From: Candidatus Kerfeldbacteria bacterium
GTDB taxonomy: Bacteria; Patescibacteriota; Patescibacteriia; SBBC01
Assembly (NCBI GenBank): GCA_016207275.1
Contig: JACQPY010000007.1
Location: 10,265-74,264 of the forward strand
Length of the DNA: 64,000 nt
Direction of reading: 5' to 3'
The notes under the pieces were generated by a model. The model had not been told where the DNA came from. It saw only the letters and a list, made by a program, of their open reading frames with translations, and made no database searches. Shown here piece after piece: positions 1-9,702 of this stretch; the stretch's first letter is position 1, and every line of letters starts with the position of its first letter. Both the position numbers and the translations under genes were made by a program.

Positions 1-804
1 CTGCAACAGATGGGCGTTGTCGTACTCGTCGATGAAAATCGAAACTGAAGAACCCGACGCGCCGAAAGGTAACAAAACACTCGGCGACGATCCAACACCG
101 TTGACGGCCAAGAGTTGGTCGCCTTCAACCCAGACGATTCGTTGCATCCCGCCTCGCTCAACCGCGATCGCCAAGGATTGAATCGCATCAGGACTCGCCT
201 GCCGGATCTGCACTTCGGGAGTCAACCCCGTACCATCAAACGACCGGTACCATACCTGGGACTTGGCGGCGTTGGCGCCGATGAAGTGCGCTTGACCAGC
301 GCCATCAACCGCCACGTATCGGCCGTTGCCTGACAAGTAGGTGGCGTTGGCGGACACGAGCGAAACTGGATCGTGCCATTGCTGCACGCCGTCCTGAACT
401 CGGTAGTTGGTGTACCAAACTTCGGAGTAGTCGTCGGTGTGCCGAATAGCGTGCACGCTTCCGTCGCCGCCGCGATCAACCAGCGGCCCGGCGTATGCTG
501 CGTTGATGACGTCGGCCGACGGCAAGGGAAGATTGATCGCCGTCGTCACCCATTCGAAGTGCCGCGGCTCGTATGTCGAGATCGGGGCAAGCGTCTGTTC
601 AGCCAACGGCCGGGGATTGGTAAAAAAGGACCGGTACTCCGAACGCCGTCCAGCCGCCCGTTCGTCAGGAACCGGGCGGTCGATTTGAATGACGTTCGTC
701 GGACGGGGTCTTGGCTGCGCCAGAGCTGCCGACGATCCGAGTACAACACAAACAACGACAATCACGAGCGGTGCAAACCAGTGTTGCCCGTCAACACGGG
801 GCAC
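1..804 (-). CDS. Secreted hypothetical protein, 5' partial (runs off the left edge). It is absent from the ORF track because it has no in-window stop.
   Basis: The minus-strand frame has no stops from position 1 to about 804. The N-terminus reads ...WFAPLVIVVVCVVLGSSAALAQPRP, which looks like a signal peptide. Third-codon positions are GC-rich. Candidate starts are GTG at 804 or TTG at 816. Confidence 0.5.
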   Translation of the reverse strand, partial: MPRVDGQHWFAPLVIVVVCVVLGSSAALAQPRPRPTNVIQIDRPVPDERAAGRRSEYRSFFTNPRPLAEQTLAPISTYEPRHFEWVTTAINLPLPSADVINAAYAGPLVDRGGDGSVHAIRHTDDYSEVWYTNYRVQDGVQQWHDPVSLVSANATYLSGNGRYVAVDGAGQAHFIGANAAKSQVWYRSFDGTGLTPEVQIRQASPDAIQSLAIAVERGGMQRIVWVEGDQLLAVNGVGSSPSVLLPFGASGSSVSIFIDEYDNAHLLQ

Positions 805-1520
805 TGCGTTATGCAAAAAACTTGGCGCGCATTGACTCGCGTCCCGCTGTCCAGTCATCGCCACATGGACGGCTTGATTCATACTGAACTGGTCAATGGC
901 GGGGTAGAGGGGACCGTAAGGAAACGCGGGTTGCGGTTGAATACCTAACCGTACCCACTGGACCGCGTACGGACTGTACGTTCCGGTCTGCGTCACGTAC
1001 CTTCTTGGATTCAGCCCGTCTAAAAATGGATACGAAAGGCGTCTTGACTGACGAGGGCCTCGTCCTTAAAAGCTGAGCGGTTTCTCTCCTTGCGCCGTCC
1101 CGGTTGTGGGTTATTTTTTTATCGGTTTTGCTTGGGCGGCCGTCGTACCAAGCGCCAGCATGACCAGTGCAAGCATACCGAGAACAGCGAGCTGCACTCG
1201 GCGAATCCAAGAAGAGGCATGTTGCAGATCCATGCATTCTTCTTACTCTCGTCTTAGAGTGATGTCAAGCATAACGAGAGACTTTCGAGAAAGTTCCTCT
1301 CACAGACGTTCCCCTCCCTCATTCTTCAAACCGACATACTCAATTGATGTCTTTGGTAAAAATTTTCCCTCTTGACAAACGCGAAACGTTTCTTTTTCAG
1401 CTCAAACGTGGTAAAATTTTTTTACACGACTTCTGTGGATAACATTCGACGAAACTCCGATCTCACCTTTACGCGATGTGATACTCAGTCACGTCGCAGA
1501 ACCGAGAGGAGGTGACCTGA

Positions 1521-1601
1521 ATGGCAAAGCGACGCAGAAAGGCGAAGAAGACCAAGAAGACCGCAAAGCGACGCAAGTCGAGCCGACGGCGCCGCCGCTA
1601 A
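1521..1601 (+). CDS. Tiny, highly basic 26-aa peptide (MAKRRRKAKKTKKTAKRRKSSRRRRR)
   Basis: A perfect Shine-Dalgarno AGGAGGTGA sits 5 nt upstream of the ATG. An extended -10 TGgTAAAAT lies at 1409-1417. A strong hairpin terminator follows immediately. Confidence 0.35.
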   Translation: MAKRRRKAKKTKKTAKRRKSSRRRRR

Positions 1602-1613
1602 GTGGCGCTCGAC

Positions 1614-1649
1614 ACAAAACTAACCCTCGAACTGACGGGTTAGTTTTGT
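1614..1649. terminator. Bidirectional hairpin terminator
   Basis: acaaaactaaccc-tcgaactgac-gggttagttttgt gives a 13-bp stem. It lies between the small ORF on the plus strand and the converging 1640..2887 minus-strand gene. Confidence 0.5.
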
Positions 1650-2887
1650 GTTGGCGAGGTGGCTGACAGCAAGCCGAGCGCAATTATCACTGCGGCCAGC
1701 AAAGCCAGGTCGTTTTTGAACAACGGCGTATCAACCAAGCCGTGTGCCAAGATGCTGATGATGGCGGCGGCGTAGACCGAACCGGCTGGCTGACCCCACA
1801 TTCGTCGCAAGCACAGGCCGAGCAACCAGAGCGTGCCAATGAGTCCCAGCACGCCAGTTTCCAGCCACAGGTTGAGGTACAGGTTGTGCGGTTTTGCCAC
1901 GAGCCACTCGAGCGGCGGGAAGTACAAACGAGGGACGGTCGCCCGATAGGCTTGCTCAAAGGTGTTCGGACCTATCCCCAGCAGCGGGTGCTCACGACCG
2001 ACCTCGACCGCCGTCCGCCAAATTTGCGTGCGGACCAAGCTCGACGAGCGCGTGACAAAATTGAGTTTTTCTCGAAGGTAGTGCGTCGGCGACAAGATCA
2101 ACAGCAATAGCCCACCAACCACAGTTATCAACATCAGCGGGCGGCGTCGGCGTATTGGATCGAGCAACCTGATAGCTAAAACCAGCAACCCGGCCACGAG
2201 CGCCAGGTACCCGCCGAACGAAAAAGACAGCAGCAACGCCGCGGCCCCAAGTACCGCACTGATGCCGCTCAACCACCACGCCTGCCGCTGCAACCACCAA
2301 CCGACAGCCAGAACAAGCAACGGCACAATAAACATCGCCAAGTAGTTGGCGACCGGCGCGAATACCGAACTCAAGCGACCGCCCTCAACGGTCGACCGGA
2401 AAGTAGCCAGTTGCACCAGGCCAACAACGGAAACCCACAGCAGCGCCGCCAGAAGCGCCGTCCGCAGCAATCGCTGATCGGCACTTGTCCGAAACTCATG
2501 CACGACAATCAGACTGATCAGCAGCGGCTCGACGAGCCACGCCTTGAGCGCGCCGAGGCTCGCCGGCAAGTTAATTGACGCGGCTGTGGCCACCAGCCAC
2601 CCAGTCACGGTCACGGCTAGAGCTACGATCAGTGGTCGATCAAATATCAGCCGGAGCTGGGCGACCACGTTACCGAACGATTGTCGAGCGACAATACCAG
2701 CCAGCCAACCAGCGACGGTCCCCAGCACGCCGGCTTCGAGGGCTGTGGTTGGGTAACCAACCAACGTTGAACGCAGCAAGTATGCCGGCGCCCCAACCAC
2801 CAGCCCGGCCACGGCGTAGCGCGGCCACCGGAAGGCCACGACCGCAAACACAATTAGAACGACTGTCACCACCGACGGCGCAATCAT
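1640..2887 (-). CDS. O-antigen ligase/polymerase-like polytopic membrane protein (Wzy_C family)
   Basis: About 10-12 hydrophobic segments. Its start overlaps the next gene's stop by 4 bp. It sits next to a second Wzy-like gene, a GT4 gene and a flippase. Confidence 0.5.
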   Translation of the reverse strand: MIAPSVVTVVLIVFAVVAFRWPRYAVAGLVVGAPAYLLRSTLVGYPTTALEAGVLGTVAGWLAGIVARQSFGNVVAQLRLIFDRPLIVALAVTVTGWLVATAASINLPASLGALKAWLVEPLLISLIVVHEFRTSADQRLLRTALLAALLWVSVVGLVQLATFRSTVEGGRLSSVFAPVANYLAMFIVPLLVLAVGWWLQRQAWWLSGISAVLGAAALLLSFSFGGYLALVAGLLVLAIRLLDPIRRRRPLMLITVVGGLLLLILSPTHYLREKLNFVTRSSSLVRTQIWRTAVEVGREHPLLGIGPNTFEQAYRATVPRLYFPPLEWLVAKPHNLYLNLWLETGVLGLIGTLWLLGLCLRRMWGQPAGSVYAAAIISILAHGLVDTPLFKNDLALLAAVIIALGLLSATSPTQN

Positions 2888-4263
2888 GTCGCCTCCCTCG
2901 CTGAAACTGATCGTAGTCCAACCAGCGTCCCGAAGGTGAGGGCCAGGGTTTCCATGATGTGCGGGAACAACAGGCTGTTGACGAAAAAGCTGTGCACCGT
3001 AACGCTGACTAACCCGGCCAGCGCGCCTAAGCCAAGGCCGCGTTCAAAACCGGTCAGGCCACGGCGGAAGGCACGCCAACCGACTCCCGCCGCCGCCCAG
3101 AGCAACCATAGGTAGACAACCAGTCCAATTGGTCCCGTGGTCACCAGCACCGTTAACAAGCTCGAGTCTGAACCGCCAGCTGAGTGTTCAGCCGCATCCT
3201 TGATAAAGCCATAATCAACTTGGAGGTAGCGGTAGGTGTTGTAGCCAATGCCGGTCACCGGGTAGTCACGGTAGACGGTCAGCGCATGTTGCCAGGAAAC
3301 CAGGCGCAGGCGCGCCGTGGCATCGACTTTGATAGCGCCCTGCACGCGTTCTTGAACACGCGGGATCGTGGCGACGACGATCACCGCCGCCAGTACCAGC
3401 AGCACGAACAGGCGCCGCGACTTGAGAAACGTCAGGACCACGGCGCCAGCCAGAAAGGATAGGTAACCGCTGCGTGAGAAGGTCAAGACCACGGCGGCGA
3501 ACAGGACCGCGGTTACCACGGCCAGCACCAGGCGCCGTCTGCCCGTGCTATGCAGTGCAATCCCACCGACCAGCATGGTGGTAAAGGCAAAGAAACCCGC
3601 CAGGAAGTTGGGATCAAACCAGGTCGACAGTAGGCGACCGATGTGCGGATCCCATCCTTGCGGCACCATGAAACTGAAGTCGGGGAACAGCTTGAGCTGG
3701 ACGAAGCCAAGGACGGCGATGACTGCCGCGGCGCTTATCAGCCACCAGGTTAACCGACGAGCGTCGCGCTCACGCCGGATCAGGTCAGCCACGATCAGCA
3801 GCAGTACGGCGTACTCAGCCCAGCGCACCACGTAGAGAGCGGCGACCAGCCGTTCGCGGTCGGTCAAGAACGGTAGCTGCGCGGTACCGGCGATGAAAGT
3901 CAAAATAAAAACGACCAGCATGGTGGCGATCGGCCACGACAGCGGTGACGACGGCCAGCCCAACCGACCGCGAAGCAGCCCACGCATGAGCCAACCAACG
4001 ACCACCGCCGGCAGCAACACGTCATTCGGTAACACGGCACCCGCTCCGCCAAAGACGGGGACGCGAACGAGCTGTCCGATCACCAGTGAGGCCACTAACC
4101 CGGCCAATCCGACCAGCGGCCATCGGACCACGGCGATCCCGAGGAGCGAACCGGTGATGAGCAAACCGCCAAGGAGCGGGTCAGCGCCGACCAGCACCCC
4201 CGCAAACATGGCCACGCCAACCGCTAATACCGCGGCCAGACGATACGGTTGTTGCTCCAGCAT
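2884..4263 (-). CDS. O-antigen ligase (WaaL/Wzy_C)-like membrane protein
   Basis: Contains the VLTFSRSGYLSF motif typical of the O-antigen ligase domain. Polytopic. Confidence 0.55.
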   Translation of the reverse strand: MLEQQPYRLAAVLAVGVAMFAGVLVGADPLLGGLLITGSLLGIAVVRWPLVGLAGLVASLVIGQLVRVPVFGGAGAVLPNDVLLPAVVVGWLMRGLLRGRLGWPSSPLSWPIATMLVVFILTFIAGTAQLPFLTDRERLVAALYVVRWAEYAVLLLIVADLIRRERDARRLTWWLISAAAVIAVLGFVQLKLFPDFSFMVPQGWDPHIGRLLSTWFDPNFLAGFFAFTTMLVGGIALHSTGRRRLVLAVVTAVLFAAVVLTFSRSGYLSFLAGAVVLTFLKSRRLFVLLVLAAVIVVATIPRVQERVQGAIKVDATARLRLVSWQHALTVYRDYPVTGIGYNTYRYLQVDYGFIKDAAEHSAGGSDSSLLTVLVTTGPIGLVVYLWLLWAAAGVGWRAFRRGLTGFERGLGLGALAGLVSVTVHSFFVNSLLFPHIMETLALTFGTLVGLRSVSAREAT

Positions 4264-4300
4264 ACTACCTACTAAATTCTCTCATACTAACCACTATACC

Positions 4301-5374
4301 CTAACCACTAACCACTGCCTCATGCACAACCTTAGCCACGATCCGTGCCGTCCGCTCCCAGGTAAACTGCCGGCTGCGGTCCCGGCCAAGCCGCCGCAGG
4401 TGACGCCGCCGCTCTTCATCTTCTGCCGCCGAAGCCAGGGCCGTTACCCAGGCACCTTCTTCATACCCATTGACTAGAATACCGGCTTGACCGACGACTT
4501 CGGGAATTGAACTGGTGACGGCCGCCACGACCGGCGTGCCGGCGGCCATGGCCTCAAGCGGCGGGCGGCCAAAGCCTTCGTACCAGGAAGGAAAAGCCAA
4601 AACGCGAGCTTGGTGGTACAGCGCCTGCAGCTCAACATCGTTGACGCCGCCCAGCAGTCGAACATGTTCGTCCAACCCGTGTTGCGTCACGGCCCGGCGC
4701 ACGTCGCCCGCCAGCCAGCCTTCACTGCCGGCCAGGACCAAGTCGTAACTCGGAAAACGTCGGCGGAACTGAGCAAACACGCGAACCAAGAAAGTCAAGT
4801 TCTTCCGCGGTTCGAGCGTGCCGACGTGCAACAAGAACTTTTCCGGCAACTTGAAGTGCGCCAACGCGGCCTGTTGAGCAGCGGTAGTGGTCGGGAACGG
4901 TTGCTCGACGCCTTGAAGCGCGACCCGCAATCGGTCGGACGGCAACTTCAGCTCACGGATTGCTTCGGCCGCCGTGTACTCGGACACCGCGATGATGCGA
5001 GCGGCGAACCGCAGCGTCCAGGGCAGCCACCGGCCGTAAAACCAAGCTGACGGTCGGTGCAGCTGCTCGGGGAAGAGGCGCGCGGCCAGGTCGTGGAGTA
5101 CCACCACGGTCGGGACTGACGGACGGACCGGACCGGAAAAGCCGGGCTTGAGCAGTACGTCGACGCGCTCGCGCCGAACCAGCCGCGGCACGGTCACTTG
5201 ATCCCACCACCACCGCCCCGGCACCGAAAAATCACGCGCGTGAGATGGTCGCAACGACACGTAGGTTGTTTCGCGATCAACCAGCGGTAGCCACTTCGAC
5301 AGCGCGGCCGTAAATTGACCAATCCCGGCGTGCGACACCTCGGCGATTTGAGCGTCAACACCAACCCGCATCAC
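4301..5374 (-). CDS. Glycosyltransferase family 4 (GT1 superfamily)
   Basis: C-terminal E-x7-E region: FPSWYEGFGRPPLEAMAAGTPVVA. Confidence 0.75.
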   Translation of the reverse strand: MMRVGVDAQIAEVSHAGIGQFTAALSKWLPLVDRETTYVSLRPSHARDFSVPGRWWWDQVTVPRLVRRERVDVLLKPGFSGPVRPSVPTVVVLHDLAARLFPEQLHRPSAWFYGRWLPWTLRFAARIIAVSEYTAAEAIRELKLPSDRLRVALQGVEQPFPTTTAAQQAALAHFKLPEKFLLHVGTLEPRKNLTFLVRVFAQFRRRFPSYDLVLAGSEGWLAGDVRRAVTQHGLDEHVRLLGGVNDVELQALYHQARVLAFPSWYEGFGRPPLEAMAAGTPVVAAVTSSIPEVVGQAGILVNGYEEGAWVTALASAAEDEERRRHLRRLGRDRSRQFTWERTARIVAKVVHEAVVSG

Positions 5375-6786
5375 GGCGACCTCATCACGATGGCACGAAT
5401 GGTCGCGCGGTCGACCACTCGCAATGCCACCACCGCGGCGGCGTAAATCACCACACCGAGCAGGCCGTTGACTATCCAGGGAAGTCCTCGACTAAACCAC
5501 ATGGCCGCGGCCATCAGCCCACCGGCCGCCAGGATCCGAGCCGTCGGGCCTAAGCCAAACCGCACCTGCGCGGTGCGTAGCACCATCCAGGCGCCCGCTA
5601 CGGCCACCACTGACTCGACCAGCACGGTCACCGTAGCGGCGCCAAAATACGAGAACCGCGGAATGGTCGCCAGGTACAGTCCAATTGAGCTGATGGCGAC
5701 GACCGCGTAGATCCAAACCATCGCCCGCTGTCGATTGACCACCACCACGGTATTAGAAAAGAGGTAGCCGACGAAAATGGCCGCGGTCCCGACGATCAAA
5801 ATCCGCAGAATCGGCGCCGACGCGGCAAACTCGGGAGCCACCAGCTGCATTACCGGCTGAGCCACAAACTGGGTGCCAATCACCAGCGGCGCCGCCACCA
5901 GCACCAGCGCCTCAAAGCTCCGCTGGAGCATCCGGGCAAACCGCGGTCGGTCGCTCAGGTAGGCCGTGGTTAAGAGCGGCGTCAGCAAGCCGGCAAACAG
6001 CGCCGGAATGCTGATCAATGCCTCGAATACTCGGTACGGCGCCCCGTAGATACCGACGTCGTAGGCCGGGTAGTAGAGCGACAGGATGATCGTGTCAGCT
6101 TTAAAGTAGACCACATTAAAGGCGATCGACAGCGCGATGGGCCAGGTCGAACGAAGAATCTGCCACCACAACGGCGCGTCGAAACGCAAGCCGAAGGAAA
6201 CCAGACGGCGAGCCCACCACGCCGTGACGACAAAGATGACGGCTGACGATAGAACCACGGTCCAGACGATCCCGAGTACGCCAACGCCGGACCGAATAGC
6301 CAGTACGGTGGCGGCTAGCAACAGCACGCGGCCAATGACCTCGCCAATAATGAACCGTTCAGCTTGAAGGTGCTTCTGAAAAATGCCGGCCAGCACCTGT
6401 GTTAAGGTCACAAACAATGATGACAGGCTCATCGCCGCCACGCCGATCTTAACCAAGGGCGGGTAGGGGAAGAGCAGAACCAGCAGCGGCGCCAAACCCA
6501 AAATCAGCACGGCGCTGACCAGCCGCAGCGTGAATACGTTACTGACAATCCGCGACTGGTCAACGCCCGGTTCGCCAAGTGTCTTTGCTAAGTAGATGTA
6601 CAAGCCCAGATCGACCACCAGGCCAAAAAGCTGGAGGAAGGCGGTGATGGTGGTGTAGTAGCCGTAGCCTTCGACGCCGAGGTGTCGCGCCACCAGCAAG
6701 AAAACCACGAGCGCCAGTCCAATACTCAACGCCCGTCCTAGTGCCTGCAGCATCGTACTTCGAGCGACCGCGCGCGTCAGCGACAT
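5371..6786 (-). CDS. Polysaccharide biosynthesis protein / Wzx-like MOP-family flippase
   Basis: 471 aa with about 12-14 TM segments. Start/stop overlaps with the GT4 gene. Confidence 0.65.
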   Translation of the reverse strand: MSLTRAVARSTMLQALGRALSIGLALVVFLLVARHLGVEGYGYYTTITAFLQLFGLVVDLGLYIYLAKTLGEPGVDQSRIVSNVFTLRLVSAVLILGLAPLLVLLFPYPPLVKIGVAAMSLSSLFVTLTQVLAGIFQKHLQAERFIIGEVIGRVLLLAATVLAIRSGVGVLGIVWTVVLSSAVIFVVTAWWARRLVSFGLRFDAPLWWQILRSTWPIALSIAFNVVYFKADTIILSLYYPAYDVGIYGAPYRVFEALISIPALFAGLLTPLLTTAYLSDRPRFARMLQRSFEALVLVAAPLVIGTQFVAQPVMQLVAPEFAASAPILRILIVGTAAIFVGYLFSNTVVVVNRQRAMVWIYAVVAISSIGLYLATIPRFSYFGAATVTVLVESVVAVAGAWMVLRTAQVRFGLGPTARILAAGGLMAAAMWFSRGLPWIVNGLLGVVIYAAAVVALRVVDRATIRAIVMRSP

Positions 6787-6959
6787 GCGAACACAAAAAA
6801 GTGATCGACGATCTCTCGGAACGTACCATGGTTTGACTCACCGGTCAACCCAACACTATTTTTAAGTACTCAGCAGATTGAAAAAGCGACGGACTCTTTT
6901 TATCGGTTATCAAGCACCGCTGACGATTTTTATCTCCGCTGAAAAATGGCGCTGGGTCG

Positions 6960-6988
6960 TTGACGCAAATTGATTTTTGTGATATGCT
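6960..6988 (+). promoter_or_regulatory. Sigma70-like promoter TTGACG-N17-TATGCT; may give a leaderless mRNA starting at the ATG at 6994
   Basis: The -35 is at 6960-6965 and the -10 at 6983-6988. The ATG at 6994 is about 6 nt after the -10. No SD is present. Confidence 0.4.
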
Positions 6989-6993
6989 GAAGG

Positions 6994-8874
6994 GTGATCA
7001 TGTTGCAAAAAACGCAACACAAAAACCACCGCCGATCTGAACACGTGACGCGCGCGATGACCCTTCGCGCGTGGATTGTCATCAGCGTCGTGACGACCAT
7101 GCTAGTTGGCCCAATCGCACCCGGCTCGCTCGAGGCGGCGACAAAGAAAGAAACGACCGACGCGGCGCTCCTGGTCAATCAGTCGAACCGACTGATCACC
7201 TTGCCGCCGGGCAAGGCAGTCACCGTCTGGTTTGAGTTTCAGAACGTGGGGACGTCGACCTGGACTAACCAAGATCCTGACCCGGTCGGGCTCAATACCG
7301 ACGACCCGCTGCGTCGGAAGAGTAAGTTCCAGACTAAGCGGTGGCGGGCCTTTTGGCGTCCGACTCGTCTGCTGCAGGACAAGGTCAAGCCCGGAGCGGT
7401 TGGGCGGTTCCGTTTTGCGGTTAAAGCGCCGATAAAACCTGGCATTTGGCGCGAAAGTTTTTCATTGGTCCACGGCACCAAGACCCGCATCGCCGGTGGC
7501 CAAGCCGAGTTTATCATGATCGTCGGTCAGCCGGCTGACCTGGCGCAGGTCTTCCGCGCCCAACCAAAAAAAACATCGCTCTCATTCTGGGTTAAACCCG
7601 GCGATCGCATTTACTACCCGCTCGAGTTTCGCAACGTTGGCCACGCTTCCTGGCGACGCGACGGCTGGGGCACCACCAATCTCGGTCGCGTCAACCCCGA
7701 AGGCAGTCCGGCCATCGCTTCCACCAGTTCGCTGTCGCTCCAAACCACACCGACGATCGTCAAAGCCGCGACCCGACGGCAGTACACTTCAGCAATTCTC
7801 GACATCGTCGCCCCGACCGAGACTGGCTTGTACCGAGACAGCTTCGGCTTGGTTGGACCGAACGGACCGATTAGCGGCAGCGCCGTCACGGTCGAGGTCA
7901 ACGTCAGCCAGGACCCCCAGCCGCCCTTTGACGCTGAGCCGATCGTCCGGGTCGGCATCTACGCGCCGGCCAAACCGGTGGTGGTGACCGCGAATGGCTC
8001 GTACGAAATTAGGAATGCCGACACCAATGAGTACCTCGGCACGAACGCCGCCGACAGCACCGCCACGGTGACGTACGACCCTACCATCGGCCGCTACACG
8101 CTGCTGAGCAATGCGGTGGCCACGACCTACCCGCACGCCCTCCGCTTCGTTCCCCCCACTGACCAAACCATTATCGAAATCCAGAGTTTCTCCAACAAGC
8201 GGGAGGTGACGATTGACGGCCAGACCGCCACGGTCAACGACAACAAGTTTCGCGGCGCGGTCGAGGTCCGCTACGCACCGGCGACCAGCAAGCTGTGGGT
8301 GATCAATGAACTGCCGATCGAGCAGTACCTCTGGGGCTTAGCCGAAACTACCAACCGCGCGCCGCTTGAGTTCGTCAAAACACTGGTCACGGCGGCCCGC
8401 AGCTACGCCCTCTACCACCGGCTTCGGGCGACCAAGCACGCCGACGAAAATTACCACCTCAACAGCACCACTGACCAGCTCTACCGCGGCTACAACTACG
8501 AGCAGCGCCACCCCAACATCGCCGTCGGTACCCAGGCCACGCGCGGCATCGTCGCCACCCACCCATCAATGGTCAACGAAAAAAATACCATCGGCGCGAT
8601 TGTCGCCGCTTACTCGTCCTGCACTGACGGCCGGACGCGGAGCTACGTAGAGCGGTGGGGCGGCACGCCTGGCCTATTCCCTTACCTGATTTCAGTGCCG
8701 GATCCAGACGGTCTGTGCACCAATCAGCGCTGGCTCCAAGGCCTCGACGGCAACCACATGGTCGGCATGTCGGCGCTCGGCGCGCTGCGGTCAGTGGCTA
8801 ACCAAAACCTGACCTACGACGCGGTGCTGCGCTACTACTACACCGGCGTATCGTTACTTAGGGCCTACCAGTAG
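6994..8874 (+). CDS. Secreted SpoIID/LytB-domain protein with N-terminal tandem repeat domains
   Basis: EQYLWGLAETTNRAPLEFVKTLVTAARSYALYH matches the SpoIID/LytB core. Repeated VWFEFQNVGTSTW and YYPLEFRNVGHASW modules. The signal peptide starts at the alternative ATG at 7057. Confidence 0.6.
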   Translation: MIMLQKTQHKNHRRSEHVTRAMTLRAWIVISVVTTMLVGPIAPGSLEAATKKETTDAALLVNQSNRLITLPPGKAVTVWFEFQNVGTSTWTNQDPDPVGLNTDDPLRRKSKFQTKRWRAFWRPTRLLQDKVKPGAVGRFRFAVKAPIKPGIWRESFSLVHGTKTRIAGGQAEFIMIVGQPADLAQVFRAQPKKTSLSFWVKPGDRIYYPLEFRNVGHASWRRDGWGTTNLGRVNPEGSPAIASTSSLSLQTTPTIVKAATRRQYTSAILDIVAPTETGLYRDSFGLVGPNGPISGSAVTVEVNVSQDPQPPFDAEPIVRVGIYAPAKPVVVTANGSYEIRNADTNEYLGTNAADSTATVTYDPTIGRYTLLSNAVATTYPHALRFVPPTDQTIIEIQSFSNKREVTIDGQTATVNDNKFRGAVEVRYAPATSKLWVINELPIEQYLWGLAETTNRAPLEFVKTLVTAARSYALYHRLRATKHADENYHLNSTTDQLYRGYNYEQRHPNIAVGTQATRGIVATHPSMVNEKNTIGAIVAAYSSCTDGRTRSYVERWGGTPGLFPYLISVPDPDGLCTNQRWLQGLDGNHMVGMSALGALRSVANQNLTYDAVLRYYYTGVSLLRAYQ

Positions 8875-9448
8875 GCGTTGGCGGAGAGGCAGCCGGTGGA
8901 GGTATCGACTGACTCACTCCTTCCCGCCGGATGTACCGTAAAATTTCCGCTTTGACCAGCTCCGGGTCGGGAATGTCGGAAAACGTAAACCGCTCGCGCT
9001 CGCCGGCTGACTGCAGATGCAACGATCCGTAGTGCAGAAACGTCTGGACAAAGCCTTTTGTCTCGACGGTAACGTCTTGGACGCGGTCGAGCGTGAGATC
9101 GGCCACGGTTCGGTTGAACAGTCCTTTCTGTTCAATCCGAACGACACGCTCGTTAGTCACGATCAGTACGTCAAGGTAGTAGTCGAGCCAGTCGTGGAAA
9201 AACAGCATCCACAACAGTAACGTATACAACGAGGCGCCGAGGATGAGTAGCACGCCGCTCAGGTTTTGCGTATCAACGGTAAAACCAACGTCGAACCACG
9301 CCAGCGCGCCAAAAATCAGCAGCGGCGCGACGATCAACATCACGTACCGCACCAGTTTATGCACCAGCACGCTCCAGTGCTTCCGCTGCAGCAGTAAAAT
9401 CTGCTCGTCCCCGTGCATGCCCGGAAAGTCAACGCGGTGGGTCGGCAT
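8858..9448 (-). CDS. bPH_2 (YdbS/YdbT-like) membrane-flanked PH-domain protein
   Basis: Two TM helices followed by a PH-like domain. Architecture typical of PF03703. Confidence 0.5.
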   Translation of the reverse strand: MPTHRVDFPGMHGDEQILLLQRKHWSVLVHKLVRYVMLIVAPLLIFGALAWFDVGFTVDTQNLSGVLLILGASLYTLLLWMLFFHDWLDYYLDVLIVTNERVVRIEQKGLFNRTVADLTLDRVQDVTVETKGFVQTFLHYGSLHLQSAGERERFTFSDIPDPELVKAEILRYIRREGVSQSIPPPAASPPTPTGRP

Positions 9449-9702
9449 TACGATTCCGGACTAATGGTCACCGCCGGCAGTTCGACTGAGAACGATCCGC
9501 GCCAATCAACGCTGCTCAAGCTGGCCCAGGTAGCAACCACGATCAGAGATACGACCACGACGTAGACCGCGCTCATGGCGTAGGCTGTAGCGGTGTGCAT
9601 GCCAAAGCGCATGACGTGGTAGACGTTAAAAAAGCTAAAGACGACAATCACGAGCAGGGCCGCGCCGTAGACGATCAGCACGATGTAGGCTGGGATTTCC
9701 AT
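9448..9702 (-). CDS. Small membrane protein (2 TM)
   Basis: 84 aa and hydrophobic. Stop/start overlaps with ruvB and the bPH gene. Confidence 0.4.
   Translation of the reverse strand: MEIPAYIVLIVYGAALLVIVVFSFFNVYHVMRFGMHTATAYAMSAVYVVVVSLIVVATWASLSSVDWRGSFSVELPAVTISPES

Noticed and set aside
1106-1683. ORFs 1106..1375, 1478..1666 and 1489..1683
   Set aside because: These lie in an intergenic promoter and terminator region. The SD-preceded 26-aa frame and the hairpin explain the sequence better.
2575-4477. Plus-strand ORFs (2575..2904, 3184..3462, 3545..3835, 3893..4477) inside the O-antigen ligase genes
   Set aside because: Antisense shadow ORFs within strongly supported minus-strand membrane-protein genes. 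Pro/Ser/Thr/Arg-rich and low complexity.
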